This document shows, piece after piece, positions 28,231-37,852 of a stretch of 64,000 bases of DNA (position 1 is the stretch's first letter; each line of letters begins with the position of its first letter). The DNA is taken from contig JAADJA010000037.1 of NCBI GenBank assembly GCA_013151015.1, positions 5,310 to 69,309 on the forward strand. The letters run 5' to 3'. The position numbers and the translations under genes were made by a program. A model generated the notes under the pieces. That model saw only the letters and a list, made by a program, of their open reading frames with translations, was not told the DNA's origin and searched no databases. The stretch comes from Chlorobiota bacterium. Its GTDB lineage: Bacteria > Bacteroidota > Bacteroidia > Bacteroidales > JAADJA01.

Positions 28231-28459
28231 TTTCGGAAATTATTTACCGCAAAATTACACAATTAAGCCAATTGCAATATCCACATTTTTTATTAGTTTT
28301 ACAGTTCGGTTTATAGGGTTTCTTGAAAACGTTCCACTTCCAATTCGAGAAGAATGTACATTTTCCAATATTGAACCTTTTAAGCCTTCGTTCATTGAAT
28401 AATGTCTCCTTGAATCACTAAAAAGGAAGAGATATAAAAACAATTAAAAATTTCATGTT

Positions 28460-29047
28460 ATGAATTACAAAACAATAATCAGTCTTTTTGGAATAGGGAT
28501 CCTGGTATTCCTTACAAGTTCATGCGGTGGCATTAAAGTTTCTGCCGATTATGACAAATCAGTTGATTTTACGCAATACAAGACTTTCGAGTATTATGGC
28601 TGGGCAAAAGAGAGCGACCAACTCTTAAATGACCTCGACAAAAAGCGTATTGAAAAAGCATTTAATAGCGAATTCAATAGCCGGGGCCTGACCTATGTTG
28701 AGTCCGGAGGCGATTTAGTGGTGACCCTTTTTATCGTTATCCAGAAAAAAACCGAAACCATGGCCAACACAAATGGAGGTTATGGAGGATATTACGGTGG
28801 CTATTACGGTTACGGCCCGGGTTATGGATGGGGGCCTTCCTACGGGACAACCACCATCAGCACTTATGATTATCATATTGGAACACTGGTTTGCGATGTG
28901 TACGATAAAACCAAAGAAAAACTAATTTGGGAAGGGATAGGCAGCAATACCATTAAGGAAGACCCAAAAGGCAGGGAAAAGCGCATCCAGATGGCAGTGG
29001 CCGCTATTATGAAGCAATACCCTGTAATGCCGAAGGTGGAGAAATAG
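28460..29047 (+). CDS. DUF4136 lipoprotein with a Gly/Tyr-rich insert
   Basis: A lipobox LTSSCGG, then SADYDKSVDFTQYKTFEY and GTLVCDVYDKTKEKLIWEG, typical of DUF4136. The insert is GGYGGYYGGYYGYGPGYGWGPSYG. Confidence 0.7.
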   Translation: MNYKTIISLFGIGILVFLTSSCGGIKVSADYDKSVDFTQYKTFEYYGWAKESDQLLNDLDKKRIEKAFNSEFNSRGLTYVESGGDLVVTLFIVIQKKTETMANTNGGYGGYYGGYYGYGPGYGWGPSYGTTTISTYDYHIGTLVCDVYDKTKEKLIWEGIGSNTIKEDPKGREKRIQMAVAAIMKQYPVMPKVEK

Positions 29048-29064
29048 ATCAAACTACCTAAATC

Positions 29065-29541
29065 ATGCAAAAACTAATCGAAACATTTTACAGTGCCTTT
29101 GCCAATCTGGATGCCGAAACAATGGCCGGTTGCTATCACGATGATATTGTTTTTGAAGACCCTGCCTTCGGTATTTTGAAAGGTGACAAGGCAAGGAACA
29201 TGTGGCGCATGTTGTGTGAAAGCCAGAGAGGGAAAGACTTTGTGGTTGAAACTTTCAAAATGGAAGCAAACGAAAAAAAGGGAATTGCCCATTGGGAAGC
29301 ACATTACGTTTTTAGGAAAACCGGTAGGAAAGTCCACAATAAAATCAATACGGAATTTGAGTTTAGGGACGGGAAAATAATAAAGCACACCGACCATTTC
29401 AATCTATATGCCTGGTCGAAACAGACCCTGGGCTTTCAGGGTACATTGACAGGCTGGACTGTATTCTTCAAAAAGAAACTAAATGCCCAAACCAACAAGC
29501 TTCTTTCTGAGTTTGAAAAGCATAAGAACCCAGACCGGTAA
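29065..29541 (+). CDS. Nuclear transport factor 2 (SnoaL-like) family protein
   Basis: IETFYSAFANLDAETMAGCYHDDIVFEDPAFG.LKG..A..MW is the SnoaL/NTF2-like pattern. Confidence 0.7.
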   Translation: MQKLIETFYSAFANLDAETMAGCYHDDIVFEDPAFGILKGDKARNMWRMLCESQRGKDFVVETFKMEANEKKGIAHWEAHYVFRKTGRKVHNKINTEFEFRDGKIIKHTDHFNLYAWSKQTLGFQGTLTGWTVFFKKKLNAQTNKLLSEFEKHKNPDR

Positions 29542-29653
29542 CTGCTATGGATATTTGCAATTTGTGAACGGGCATTCTCGCAGATCGTGACCACCAATGG
29601 AAATGGAAAACCCATATATCCTTAAAATCAAAAAAACAAAGTTCATATTTTTA

Positions 29654-29661
29654 TATATTTG
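29654..29661 (+). promoter_or_regulatory. -7 box TATATTTG upstream of the acyltransferase gene
   Basis: TAnnTTTG match 31 nt before the ATG at 29692. Confidence 0.45.
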
Positions 29662-29691
29662 CCACTTTTCATAGATCATTAAATTTTTGAA

Positions 29692-30570
29692 ATGGATTTT
29701 CTTGTAACTGCTGTTGTTCATCTTTTCGTTTTTATCATAGCAATAACCCCCTTTTTTGTCCTGTACCTGATTTCCAATATCCTGGGTTTTATATTGTACA
29801 GGATTGTTGGGTACAGGAAAGAGGTAGTGTATGATAACCTGCGGAACAGTTTTCCCGGGCAGTCTGAAAATGAGTTGAAGCGGATAGCAAGGCTGAGTTA
29901 CCGAAACCTCTCGGATGTTATGGTGGAGACATTGAAAGGGTTTTCCCTAACGCGAAAGCAGGTGGTACAAAGGCATCGTTTTATGAACCCTGAACTGCTT
30001 GATCCATTTTTGAAGAGGGGGCAGAGTTTCATCGTTACCGCCTCGCATTATAATAATTGGGAATGGGGAGGGCTTTCGATCCCTTTGCAGATAGATTGTG
30101 ACGTGGCCGTTTTTTACAAGCCCCTTTCCAACAAAAGGATGGACAGGGTGATAAAGAAGAACCGGGAACGCACGGGCATCGAAATGGTCTCGTTTTATAG
30201 AACTGCGGCTACTTTTAAAAAATACGAAGACAGGCAAACGGCTTATTTCCTTGTGGCCGACCAAAGCCCATCAAATGCACGAAAATCCTATTGGGTCGAT
30301 TTTCTCGGTAGGGAAACCGCTTTTCTGCATGGCCCTGAACTGTATGCTAAAAGCTATAATATGCCGGTCTTGTATGCTGATATGAAAAGGGTGAAACGTG
30401 GGTATTATGAAATTTATCTTTCTGTTTTGGTCGAAGAGCCAAAGGGGTTGGAAGATGGGGAAATCACAAGGCGGTTTGCGAAAAAACTTGAAGACGTTGT
30501 GCGCAAGCAACCTGAAAACTGGCTGTGGTCGCACAAAAGGTGGAAAATGAAAAAGCCGGAAAAGGCTTAA
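29692..30570 (+). CDS. Lysophospholipid/lipid A biosynthesis acyltransferase (LpxL/HtrB family)
   Basis: 292 aa with an N-terminal TM segment, a SHYNNWEW (HX4E/D-like) motif, and family-typical size and layout. Confidence 0.65.
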   Translation: MDFLVTAVVHLFVFIIAITPFFVLYLISNILGFILYRIVGYRKEVVYDNLRNSFPGQSENELKRIARLSYRNLSDVMVETLKGFSLTRKQVVQRHRFMNPELLDPFLKRGQSFIVTASHYNNWEWGGLSIPLQIDCDVAVFYKPLSNKRMDRVIKKNRERTGIEMVSFYRTAATFKKYEDRQTAYFLVADQSPSNARKSYWVDFLGRETAFLHGPELYAKSYNMPVLYADMKRVKRGYYEIYLSVLVEEPKGLEDGEITRRFAKKLEDVVRKQPENWLWSHKRWKMKKPEKA

Positions 30571-30643
30571 ATCATCTACTATGCAAAAAGCATCCACGCT
30601 TTTTTGGTTTGATTTATCACAAAAAAAATGGAAAATTTGTTTG

Positions 30644-30720
30644 ATTGTCCTCGCTTGACGCTTCCAGGTCGTTCCAACACTGGTAGGTCGATCCCCGTTT
30701 CCGGTTGTTCCGATTGCGGA
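30644..30720. repeat. Two tandem copies of a ~31-nt hairpin unit, related to 58338..58380
   Basis: attgtcctcgcttgacgcttccaggtcgttccaacactggtaggtc followed by ccgtttccggttgttccgattgcggaaagtc. The first unit aligns with attgtccttgacgtttccagatcgttccgactctggaaggtc at 58338..58380. Confidence 0.75.
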
Positions 30721-30723
30721 AAG

Positions 30724-31614
30724 TCAATCCCCCTCCATCAAAACACAAAGTGCTTCAAAAACCCTTCCTGATTCCAATAATTCCTTTGCAAATAAATGAA
30801 TCTCCTTTTCTTGATTCCGGGATTGTGAAAAACCATCCAGCTTTTTGCTGAATTCATTTGAGTCAAATGCTTTTCGGATTTCTTCTTTGTTGGGAAGTGA
30901 TTCAATGTTCCCCAATTTCCCCAGATCGTTTCCGCTCAAATATTTGCTGAACTTGATTTTGTCGGGGAGCTGGTCGATCCCGATGCCCAACCTTTGTAAA
31001 GGTTTTTCAACGGTAAAAACGTTATCGCCCGAAGTACGGCAATAATAATCCCCGCCCATTCTTCCCACAAGGTCGATTTTATGGGGATCGATATTTCCCG
31101 AAGGATCAAGGATTTTCTCATCCAAATGGATCATCATGATTTCACAAATAATTAGGTTTCCCGCACCGCCATCCGTTCCGGTTTCTATCACTTCCCGAAC
31201 CTTGCACTCAAATTGCACCGGCGATTCCTTTACCCTGTAGGGCCGGATCGTTTCCGAAGCCATAGCTGTCAATCCCGATTTGATGAATTCATTTACACCT
31301 TGTGGATATTCCGTGCTTGAAAGGCTGGCCTGTTGCACCAAGTTGTAGTTCACTGCATTGATAACAACCTCGGGGATTTCCTTGATATTGTCGTACGTAT
31401 GTTTTGTGGTGTTGTCCCTTCCCCTTCGTGATGGTGAAAAAATCAAAGTGGTCGGGTTCACCCCGAAGGCATTGTAGAAGCTGAAAGGGGAGAGGTTGGG
31501 GTTTCCTTCCCGGTCAATTGTGCTTGCAAAGGCAATGGGCCGTGGTGCCACTGAACCCAACAACAAATGATGAAGTTTTGGGATTGGTGTTTTTTTTGGG
31601 TCGAATTTTAGCAT
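30724..31614 (-). CDS. Flavin reductase family protein (FMN-binding split barrel) with C-terminal extension
   Basis: LLGSVAPRPIAFASTIDREGNPNLSPFSFYNAFGVNPTTLIFSP is the flavin-reductase-like domain signature. Confidence 0.7.
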   Translation of the reverse strand: MLKFDPKKTPIPKLHHLLLGSVAPRPIAFASTIDREGNPNLSPFSFYNAFGVNPTTLIFSPSRRGRDNTTKHTYDNIKEIPEVVINAVNYNLVQQASLSSTEYPQGVNEFIKSGLTAMASETIRPYRVKESPVQFECKVREVIETGTDGGAGNLIICEIMMIHLDEKILDPSGNIDPHKIDLVGRMGGDYYCRTSGDNVFTVEKPLQRLGIGIDQLPDKIKFSKYLSGNDLGKLGNIESLPNKEEIRKAFDSNEFSKKLDGFSQSRNQEKEIHLFAKELLESGRVFEALCVLMEGD

Positions 31615-31698
31615 GGAATTTATTTAATCGATTGAGATAAACAAGTTGGATTTAGTAAGACCTTAATAATTGCAGATTTTTTGTTTGCTTAGTGATGT

Positions 31699-32004
31699 TT
31701 AGGTGAGAACCGGATTTTCTTTGTCAAACGACTTTTTGTTTTGTTCCATAGCGAGGTCATAAAGGTATTCAGGGGCCAGATCAATACCATTATCCCATTC
31801 TATTGTCCACCTGTTTTTTGTGAATTTTTTAAAATAGGAAACATCCTTAAGTGCCCTAAAAACTTTTCTATGGTCATTAAAGACCTTGTTTTTTAAATCC
31901 ACTACGGCTTTAATCCCATCATTGAAAGATAATTCAATTCTATAATGGTCTAAATAATTTGCTTCAATAATTTTTAATAATTTCATCTTTACAAAAAAAA
32001 TCAT
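31699..32004 (-). CDS. DUF2442 domain-containing protein
   Basis: KIIEANYLDHYRIELSFNDG...VDLK.....F..L.D..YF.KF......IEWDNGIDLAPEYLY. The ATG overlaps the upstream stop as ATGA. Confidence 0.75.
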   Translation of the reverse strand: MIFFVKMKLLKIIEANYLDHYRIELSFNDGIKAVVDLKNKVFNDHRKVFRALKDVSYFKKFTKNRWTIEWDNGIDLAPEYLYDLAMEQNKKSFDKENPVLT

Positions 32005-32258
32005 GTTAAAGGTTCTATTTTTTTAAACTCACCGGATTTACTTATCAAATCCCAGTTTTCCAATAATTCATCTTTATGCAAGTCAAGCCATTCAAACACA
32101 AGTTTCAAGGCTCTTCTCGGCATTTCACCTTTAATTATGCCATCATCAATATATACTGCCGCTTCAAAATCTTGATATTCAATATGGAAATGTGGCGGAT
32201 TATGGTCATCAAAAAACATTCTCACAACAATTCCATAAAACCTACTAATTTCCGGTAT
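32001..32258 (-). CDS. DUF4160 domain-containing protein (canonical Met codon replaced by ATA; the track ORF begins at GTG 32225)
   Basis: The in-frame upstream reading is I-PEISRFYGIVVRMFFDDHNPPHFHIEY..., which matches the family N-terminus MPxISxFYGIxIxMYxxDHxPPHFH, except that the first codon (32258..32256) is ATA. Confidence 0.65.
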   Translation of the reverse strand: MPEISRFYGIVVRMFFDDHNPPHFHIEYQDFEAAVYIDDGIIKGEMPRRALKLVFEWLDLHKDELLENWDLISKSGEFKKIEPLT

Positions 32259-32406
32259 GTTACAAAGTTACAAAAAAAGTTGATTGACCAATTTTTTCAT
32301 TATATGAATTAAGCGCCCATGTTAATTTATTTGTTAACTGTATGATAAGCGTGGTGCCTCATTGCTTACATAGCTTTTGTACCTTAGTGTCTCTGTGTTC
32401 AAAACG

Positions 32407-33684
32407 TTAAATTGCTGGCAAAACCTTTGTCCTGCTTTCCCCAAATCCCACACGAACGCCATCCTTTTCCGCATACGCTTTCATAATGAGGGTATCGTTA
32501 TCGTTGACGAATTTCCTTTCGGTCCCATCGGGCAAAGTGATAGGTTTTTTCCCGCCCCATGATAGTTCCAGCATCGAGCCATATGAATCGGGTGTTGGGC
32601 CACTGATTGTCCCCGAGGCGTACATGTCGCCCACGTTGATATTGCAGCCGTTTACCGTTTGATGTGCCAATTGCTGGTTCATGTTCCAGTACATGTATTT
32701 GTAATTCGATTGGCAAAGTCTGTACTCCTGTCCGCCTTCTGGTTGCAGGTAAACCTCAAGGTTGATGTCGATATTTTTGTCCCCTTCAAATTTTAAATAA
32801 GGTAAAACTTCGGGGTTTTGGGTTTCGCCTTTTACACGGAAAGGTTGCAGTGCATCCAATGTTACGATCCATGGGGAAATGACCGAACCAAAGTTTTTGC
32901 TTAGGAAAGGGCCCAGAGGCACATATTCCCATTTCTGGATATCCCTTGCGGAAAGGTCGTTGAAAATGACCATCCCAAAAATATAGTCTTCGGCATTTGC
33001 CGTTGTGATGCTTTCGCCCAATTTTGTTTCTTTTCCGGTGACAAAGGCCATCTCCAGTTCAAAATCAAAAAGCCGTGACGGGCCAAATACTGGTTCGTCC
33101 GCATCATTGGGCCTTGTTTGTCCTTTGGGGCGGTGGATGTTTGTCCCGGAAACCACAATGGAAGAGCTCCTTCCGTGATATCCCACCGGAAGGTGTTTCC
33201 AGTTGGGGAAAAGTGCGTTTGCCGGGTCGCGGAACATGGTGCCCACATTTGTGGCATGGCCTTCACTCGAATAAAAATCGGTGTAATCCCCAACATGGAC
33301 GGGCATCACCATTTCAACTTCGGAAAACTTGAAAATGATTTCTGCTTTATGTTTGTTGTTTTCCCGCAACTCAGGATTGTTTTCTTCGAATATTTCTGAA
33401 ATCCTGTCCCTTGTTTTTCTCCAGATCGGTTTGCCAAGTGCCATGAAATCATTCAGGACATTATTATTGAAAACTTCAATTTCGATTCCTGTTTCCTTAA
33501 AATAATCCAATTTTGCCAGGGCATAAAGATCAATTACATTATCACCGATCCGTGTGGCACATCTCGTATTCCCATTTTTTCCCTTAAAAACCCCAAATGG
33601 GATGTTTTGGATCGGGAAGTCGCTGTTTTTATCGACGTTTAACCATGATTTTAATTCTGGGTTGTTTGCTCTTATTTTTGTCAT
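32407..33684 (-). CDS. fahA: Fumarylacetoacetase
   Basis: The start is set at MTKIRANNPELKSWL (ATG 33684). Supporting motifs are DFPIQNIPFGVF, the FAH C-terminal domain (VGYHGRSSS, GPSRLFDFELEMAF, FNDLSARDIQKWEYVPLGPF) and a size of ~425 aa. Confidence 0.9.
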   Translation of the reverse strand: MTKIRANNPELKSWLNVDKNSDFPIQNIPFGVFKGKNGNTRCATRIGDNVIDLYALAKLDYFKETGIEIEVFNNNVLNDFMALGKPIWRKTRDRISEIFEENNPELRENNKHKAEIIFKFSEVEMVMPVHVGDYTDFYSSEGHATNVGTMFRDPANALFPNWKHLPVGYHGRSSSIVVSGTNIHRPKGQTRPNDADEPVFGPSRLFDFELEMAFVTGKETKLGESITTANAEDYIFGMVIFNDLSARDIQKWEYVPLGPFLSKNFGSVISPWIVTLDALQPFRVKGETQNPEVLPYLKFEGDKNIDINLEVYLQPEGGQEYRLCQSNYKYMYWNMNQQLAHQTVNGCNINVGDMYASGTISGPTPDSYGSMLELSWGGKKPITLPDGTERKFVNDNDTLIMKAYAEKDGVRVGFGESRTKVLPAI

Positions 33685-33875
33685 TCTTAATATGATTGTT
33701 GTTGTTATATAATAAACGTCCCTGCGAGAAACTGATAGGCTGGATTGTGTTTGGGGGTTTCGAGGCAATCTGTATTAATCCTGCTTAGAAATATATATAT
33801 AACACAGATTGCTTTTGAACGCCGGCATTATCTTTATCAGATGGTTCATCGCAATGACCTCATAAGTGATTCAAT

Positions 33876-34970
33876 CTACAAGGTCCCCCTTCTTTCCTGC
33901 TCTTTCTCAATGGAAACAAACAAAGCCTTGAAATTCCCTTTTCCGAAGGATTCCCCTCCTTTTCGTTGGATGATTTCAAAGAAAAATGTCGGACGGTCCT
34001 CAACGGGTTTGGTGAAAATCTGCAATAAATAACCTTTGTCGTCTTTGTCAACAAGGATTCCGAGGCTTTTTAGAACCTGTAAATCCTCATCTATTTTCCC
34101 GACCCTTTCGGAAACAGAATCGTAATAATCATCGGGAACATATAAGAACTCGACCCCGCGTTTTTTCAATTCGGAAACCGTATGGATTATATCATCCGTT
34201 GCCAGGGCGATATGTTGTCCGCCCGGCCCTCCATAAAAATCAATGTATTCCTCTATTTGCGATTTCTTTAAGCCTTTGGCCGGCTCATTTATCGGGAATT
34301 TGATCCTTTCGTTTTCATTGGCCACAACGGTGGATTGCAATGCTGTATATTCCGTTGAAATATCTGTGTCATCAAAAGAAGCGAATTTTTTGAAGCCCAT
34401 CACATCATAATAGAATTGTGCGGTCTTGTCCATTTCGTTCCAGCCCACATTTCCAACCAGGTGGTCAACATACTTAAATCCCAACTCTTCCGGTTTATAT
34501 TCCGGGTTCCAATCAACAAAGCCCGGCATAAATGTTCCTTTGTAATTTTTCCTTTCGATAAAAAGATGGACTGTTTCACCATAGGTGTAAATCCCGGATT
34601 TTACCACTTCGCCGTTTTCATCATTCAAAACTGTTGGTTTCAGATAAGGTTTTGCACCTCGTTTGGTCGTTTCTTCAAAAGCCTTCCTGGCATCTTCTAC
34701 CCATAAAGCGATAAACTTAATACCATCGCCATGTTTTTTCTGGTGTTCGCCAACATAAGAGTCTGGTGAAAGGGCTGCGGTGAGTACGAGTGTTGCTTTT
34801 CCCTGACGAAGGACATAGGAAGATTTTTCTTTGTCGCCTGTTTCCAAGCCACTATATGCCAATGGCTGAAACCCAAAAGCTGTTTGATAAAAATAGGCTG
34901 CCTGCTTGGCGTTGCCCACATAAAATTCTACGAAATCAGTTCCGAAGATCGGTAAAAATGAATTGCTCAT
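33876..34970 (-). CDS. hppD: 4-hydroxyphenylpyruvate dioxygenase
   Basis: 364 aa: FVEFYVGNAKQAAYFY, VDHLVGNV, GGQHIALATDDI, LLQIFT and FFEIIQR..G..FG.GNFKALF. Confidence 0.9.
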   Translation of the reverse strand: MSNSFLPIFGTDFVEFYVGNAKQAAYFYQTAFGFQPLAYSGLETGDKEKSSYVLRQGKATLVLTAALSPDSYVGEHQKKHGDGIKFIALWVEDARKAFEETTKRGAKPYLKPTVLNDENGEVVKSGIYTYGETVHLFIERKNYKGTFMPGFVDWNPEYKPEELGFKYVDHLVGNVGWNEMDKTAQFYYDVMGFKKFASFDDTDISTEYTALQSTVVANENERIKFPINEPAKGLKKSQIEEYIDFYGGPGGQHIALATDDIIHTVSELKKRGVEFLYVPDDYYDSVSERVGKIDEDLQVLKSLGILVDKDDKGYLLQIFTKPVEDRPTFFFEIIQRKGGESFGKGNFKALFVSIEKEQERRGTL

Positions 34971-35147
34971 GTTTGTAGGTATTGTGTTGTTTTTTTAAAT
35001 TAATGGTTTAAATATTAAAAAGTTAGATGGAGGTAAATTGGAAGTTAAAAGTTAGATAGTTATGCGTTAGGTGTTAGAAGGTTAAAGGGATTTTGGATAT
35101 TACAAATATATAAAACCCATAACTCATAACTTGTAACCCGTAACTTA

Positions 35148-36308
35148 TTAGTCCAGTATCCATGATTTCCAATAATCCTCAACTTCAATCCCCGCACCGT
35201 ATTTAGTAATGTGCAAAGGCTTGAATGTATCCACCATAACGGCCAGCTCTTTCGTCTCCTTTTTTCCGATGCTGCGTTCAATTGCTCCGGGATGTGGCCC
35301 ATGAGCTACACCAATTGGATGCAATGTGATCTGCCCTTTTTCGATATCGTTACGGCTCATAAAATCACCATCCACATAGTACAAAACCTCATCGGCATCC
35401 ACGTTGCTGTGGTGGTAGGGTGCCGGAATGGCATCGGGATGATAGTCGTATAACCTTGGGACAAAAGCACACGTGACAAATCCTGCCGCTTCAAAAGTCT
35501 GGTGGATGGGCGGTGGTTGATGGATGCGCCCGGTCAGCGGTTCAAAATCATGGATGGAAAGTGCATATGGATAATGGAAGCCGTCCCAGCCAACAAGGTC
35601 AAAAGGATGTGAGGCATAATGATAAGGGAAAATCAAATCCCTTCGTTTCATCTTCACGAGGAAATCGCCCATTTCTTCATGGGTTTCCATGTTTTGCGGT
35701 TTACGGATGTCGCGTTCGTAAAAAGGGGAATGTTCAAGCAATTGCCCGACCCTGTTCATATATCTTTTCGGAAACCTTATCGGACTGAAAGATTCCACAA
35801 TAAATAATCTGTTATCCGAATCTTTGAAATCCATTTGATAGGTAATTCCCCTTGGGATAATTAAATGGTCGCCATAAGAGAATTCCAGATTCCCAAACAT
35901 GGTTTTCAATGTCCCTTGCCCTTTATGGACAAAAATCATTTCATCGGCCACCGAGTTCTTGAAGAAGTAAGCTGTCATTGATTTTCGTGGTGCGGCCAAG
36001 CTGATATGGACATCATCGTTTACCAAAATCTCTTTCCGACTTTGCAGGTAATCGTCCTCAGGTTCCACCTTAAAACCTTTGAAACTGCGGTTTTGCATGT
36101 TTTTGTCGTTGAAAATTTCAGGGGCAACGGAATAGGGCTCTTCGATCTTCAAAACCTGTGTGGGCGGCGAATTGTGGTAAACAACCGAATAGAGATCGGA
36201 AAAACCTTCGGTGGAAACCACCTGTTCGGCATACAAATCGCCATCGGGTTTCCTGAATACAATATGTCTTTTTGTTGGGATTTTACCCAGTTTGTGATAA
36301 TGTGGCAT
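35148..36308 (-). CDS. hmgA: Homogentisate 1,2-dioxygenase
   Basis: 386 aa in a bacterial short-form HGD-like layout (YHKLGKIP.KRH...LYAEQ, HPFD, HQPP). It lies next to hppD and fahA. Confidence 0.8.
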   Translation of the reverse strand: MPHYHKLGKIPTKRHIVFRKPDGDLYAEQVVSTEGFSDLYSVVYHNSPPTQVLKIEEPYSVAPEIFNDKNMQNRSFKGFKVEPEDDYLQSRKEILVNDDVHISLAAPRKSMTAYFFKNSVADEMIFVHKGQGTLKTMFGNLEFSYGDHLIIPRGITYQMDFKDSDNRLFIVESFSPIRFPKRYMNRVGQLLEHSPFYERDIRKPQNMETHEEMGDFLVKMKRRDLIFPYHYASHPFDLVGWDGFHYPYALSIHDFEPLTGRIHQPPPIHQTFEAAGFVTCAFVPRLYDYHPDAIPAPYHHSNVDADEVLYYVDGDFMSRNDIEKGQITLHPIGVAHGPHPGAIERSIGKKETKELAVMVDTFKPLHITKYGAGIEVEDYWKSWILD

Positions 36309-36584
36309 TTCTTGTTTTTTTTAATACAATTAATGATTTAGTGAAATCCCCAAAATAATTTCCGCATTTGAACTTGTTCTTTTTCCCTTTTACTACATTG
36401 AAATTTATCGCCTTAGCAATGGCTATGCCTCAAGAACCCGCCTTGGTGAAGAAAAAACAACTTCATCAAATCTGGCGAACTTATTTTAAAAGTTTCACTT
36501 AGGGACTTTGGGCAATTCTTGCCGATGACGTCAAAATTGAATGGGATCATTGATTGAAAACATCAGTTTGAAATCAATATTGAA

Positions 36585-37778
36585 ATGAACAAAATTTTGA
36601 TTATTTCCTTAATTGGAACAAAAACAAACATTATGACAATTTGTTCACAAGGCCATATTGCATATCGGGAATTGCATAAAAAGCCTGCTTTATTGCGCTC
36701 AATTTCCCTCGGTAAATTAGCATTAAAAAACAGGGTTGCAATGGCACCGCTTACCCGAAGACGGGCGACTGACGATTATGTCCCAACCGAAATAATGGCC
36801 ACTCATTATGTGCAACGGGCTTCTGCCGGACTGATAATAACCGAGGCTACCAATATTTCTCGACAGGGAACAGGATATATGAATACACCCGGGATTTATA
36901 CTCCTGAACAAATCGAAGCATGGAAACCGGTAACTGAGGCCGTTCATGCTAAGGGAGGGAAGGTTTTTATGCAGATATGGCATGTTGGCCGGGTATCGCA
37001 TCCACTTTTACAGGAAGATGAAAAACTGCCGGTTTCGGCTTCTGCCATCAAAGCGGAGGGAAAACAGAAAACACCACAAGGCCATATGGAGATGGTCGTC
37101 CCACGGGCTTTGGAAACAGATGAAGTTCCTGGGATTGTGGAGGATTTTAAAAATGCAGCCCTGAATGCCATCGAAGCGGGTTTCGATGGTGTTGAAATCC
37201 ATGGGGCCAATGGTTATTTGATCGATCAGTTTTTGCACGATGCCTCCAATATCCGAAAGGATAAATATGGGGGAAACATCGAGAACCGTTCCCGCTTTCT
37301 GTTTGAGGTTGTTGACGCTGTTTGCAAAGCAATTGGACCGGAAAAGACCGGGATCCGTCTTTCGCCGAGTGGTATTTTTAAGGATATGTTCGATTCGAAT
37401 CCAGTAGAGCTTTATGAATATGTAATTGACAAACTGAACCAATATGATTTGGCCTATCTACACATCCTTGAGCCAATGGTGGCTTTGGAACCCGCCCATA
37501 AATACGAAAAGTATTTAAAGGAAGTTACCCCACATTTCAGGAAATTCTATAAAGGTTTGTTGATTACAAATTGTGGTTTTGATTTTCGATCAGCGAACAA
37601 AATCATTGAAAATGGTCATGCCGATATGGTGGCATTTGGAAAAGCCTATATCTCAAATCCCGATTTGGTCGAAAGGTTTGAAAAGGGGGCTGATCTGAAT
37701 CCCTGGGACGTTGATACCTTTTATACCAACGGGCCGGAAGGATATGTGGATTATCCTTTTATAGATGAGAAGAAATAA
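36585..37778 (+). CDS. Old Yellow Enzyme family NADH:flavin oxidoreductase (alkene reductase)
   Basis: LKNRVAMAPLTRRRA, MQIWHVGR, GFDGVEIHGANGYLIDQFL and AFGKAYISNPDL. The start is uncertain (36585 or the ATG at 36633). Confidence 0.85.
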   Translation: MNKILIISLIGTKTNIMTICSQGHIAYRELHKKPALLRSISLGKLALKNRVAMAPLTRRRATDDYVPTEIMATHYVQRASAGLIITEATNISRQGTGYMNTPGIYTPEQIEAWKPVTEAVHAKGGKVFMQIWHVGRVSHPLLQEDEKLPVSASAIKAEGKQKTPQGHMEMVVPRALETDEVPGIVEDFKNAALNAIEAGFDGVEIHGANGYLIDQFLHDASNIRKDKYGGNIENRSRFLFEVVDAVCKAIGPEKTGIRLSPSGIFKDMFDSNPVELYEYVIDKLNQYDLAYLHILEPMVALEPAHKYEKYLKEVTPHFRKFYKGLLITNCGFDFRSANKIIENGHADMVAFGKAYISNPDLVERFEKGADLNPWDVDTFYTNGPEGYVDYPFIDEKK

Positions 37779-37852
37779 AAAGCAAGGAAGAGTTGATGGA
37801 TATTATATTTGTCTAAAAAATCACAAAAACTGGACATAGGTTAAAAACCTGT

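Noticed and set aside
37817-37824. TATATTTG on the plus strand pointing into lpxD antisense (a possible antisense promoter).
   Set aside because: By composition, TAnnTTTG is expected many times by chance in 64 kb. There is no plus-strand gene or structured element downstream to support it.
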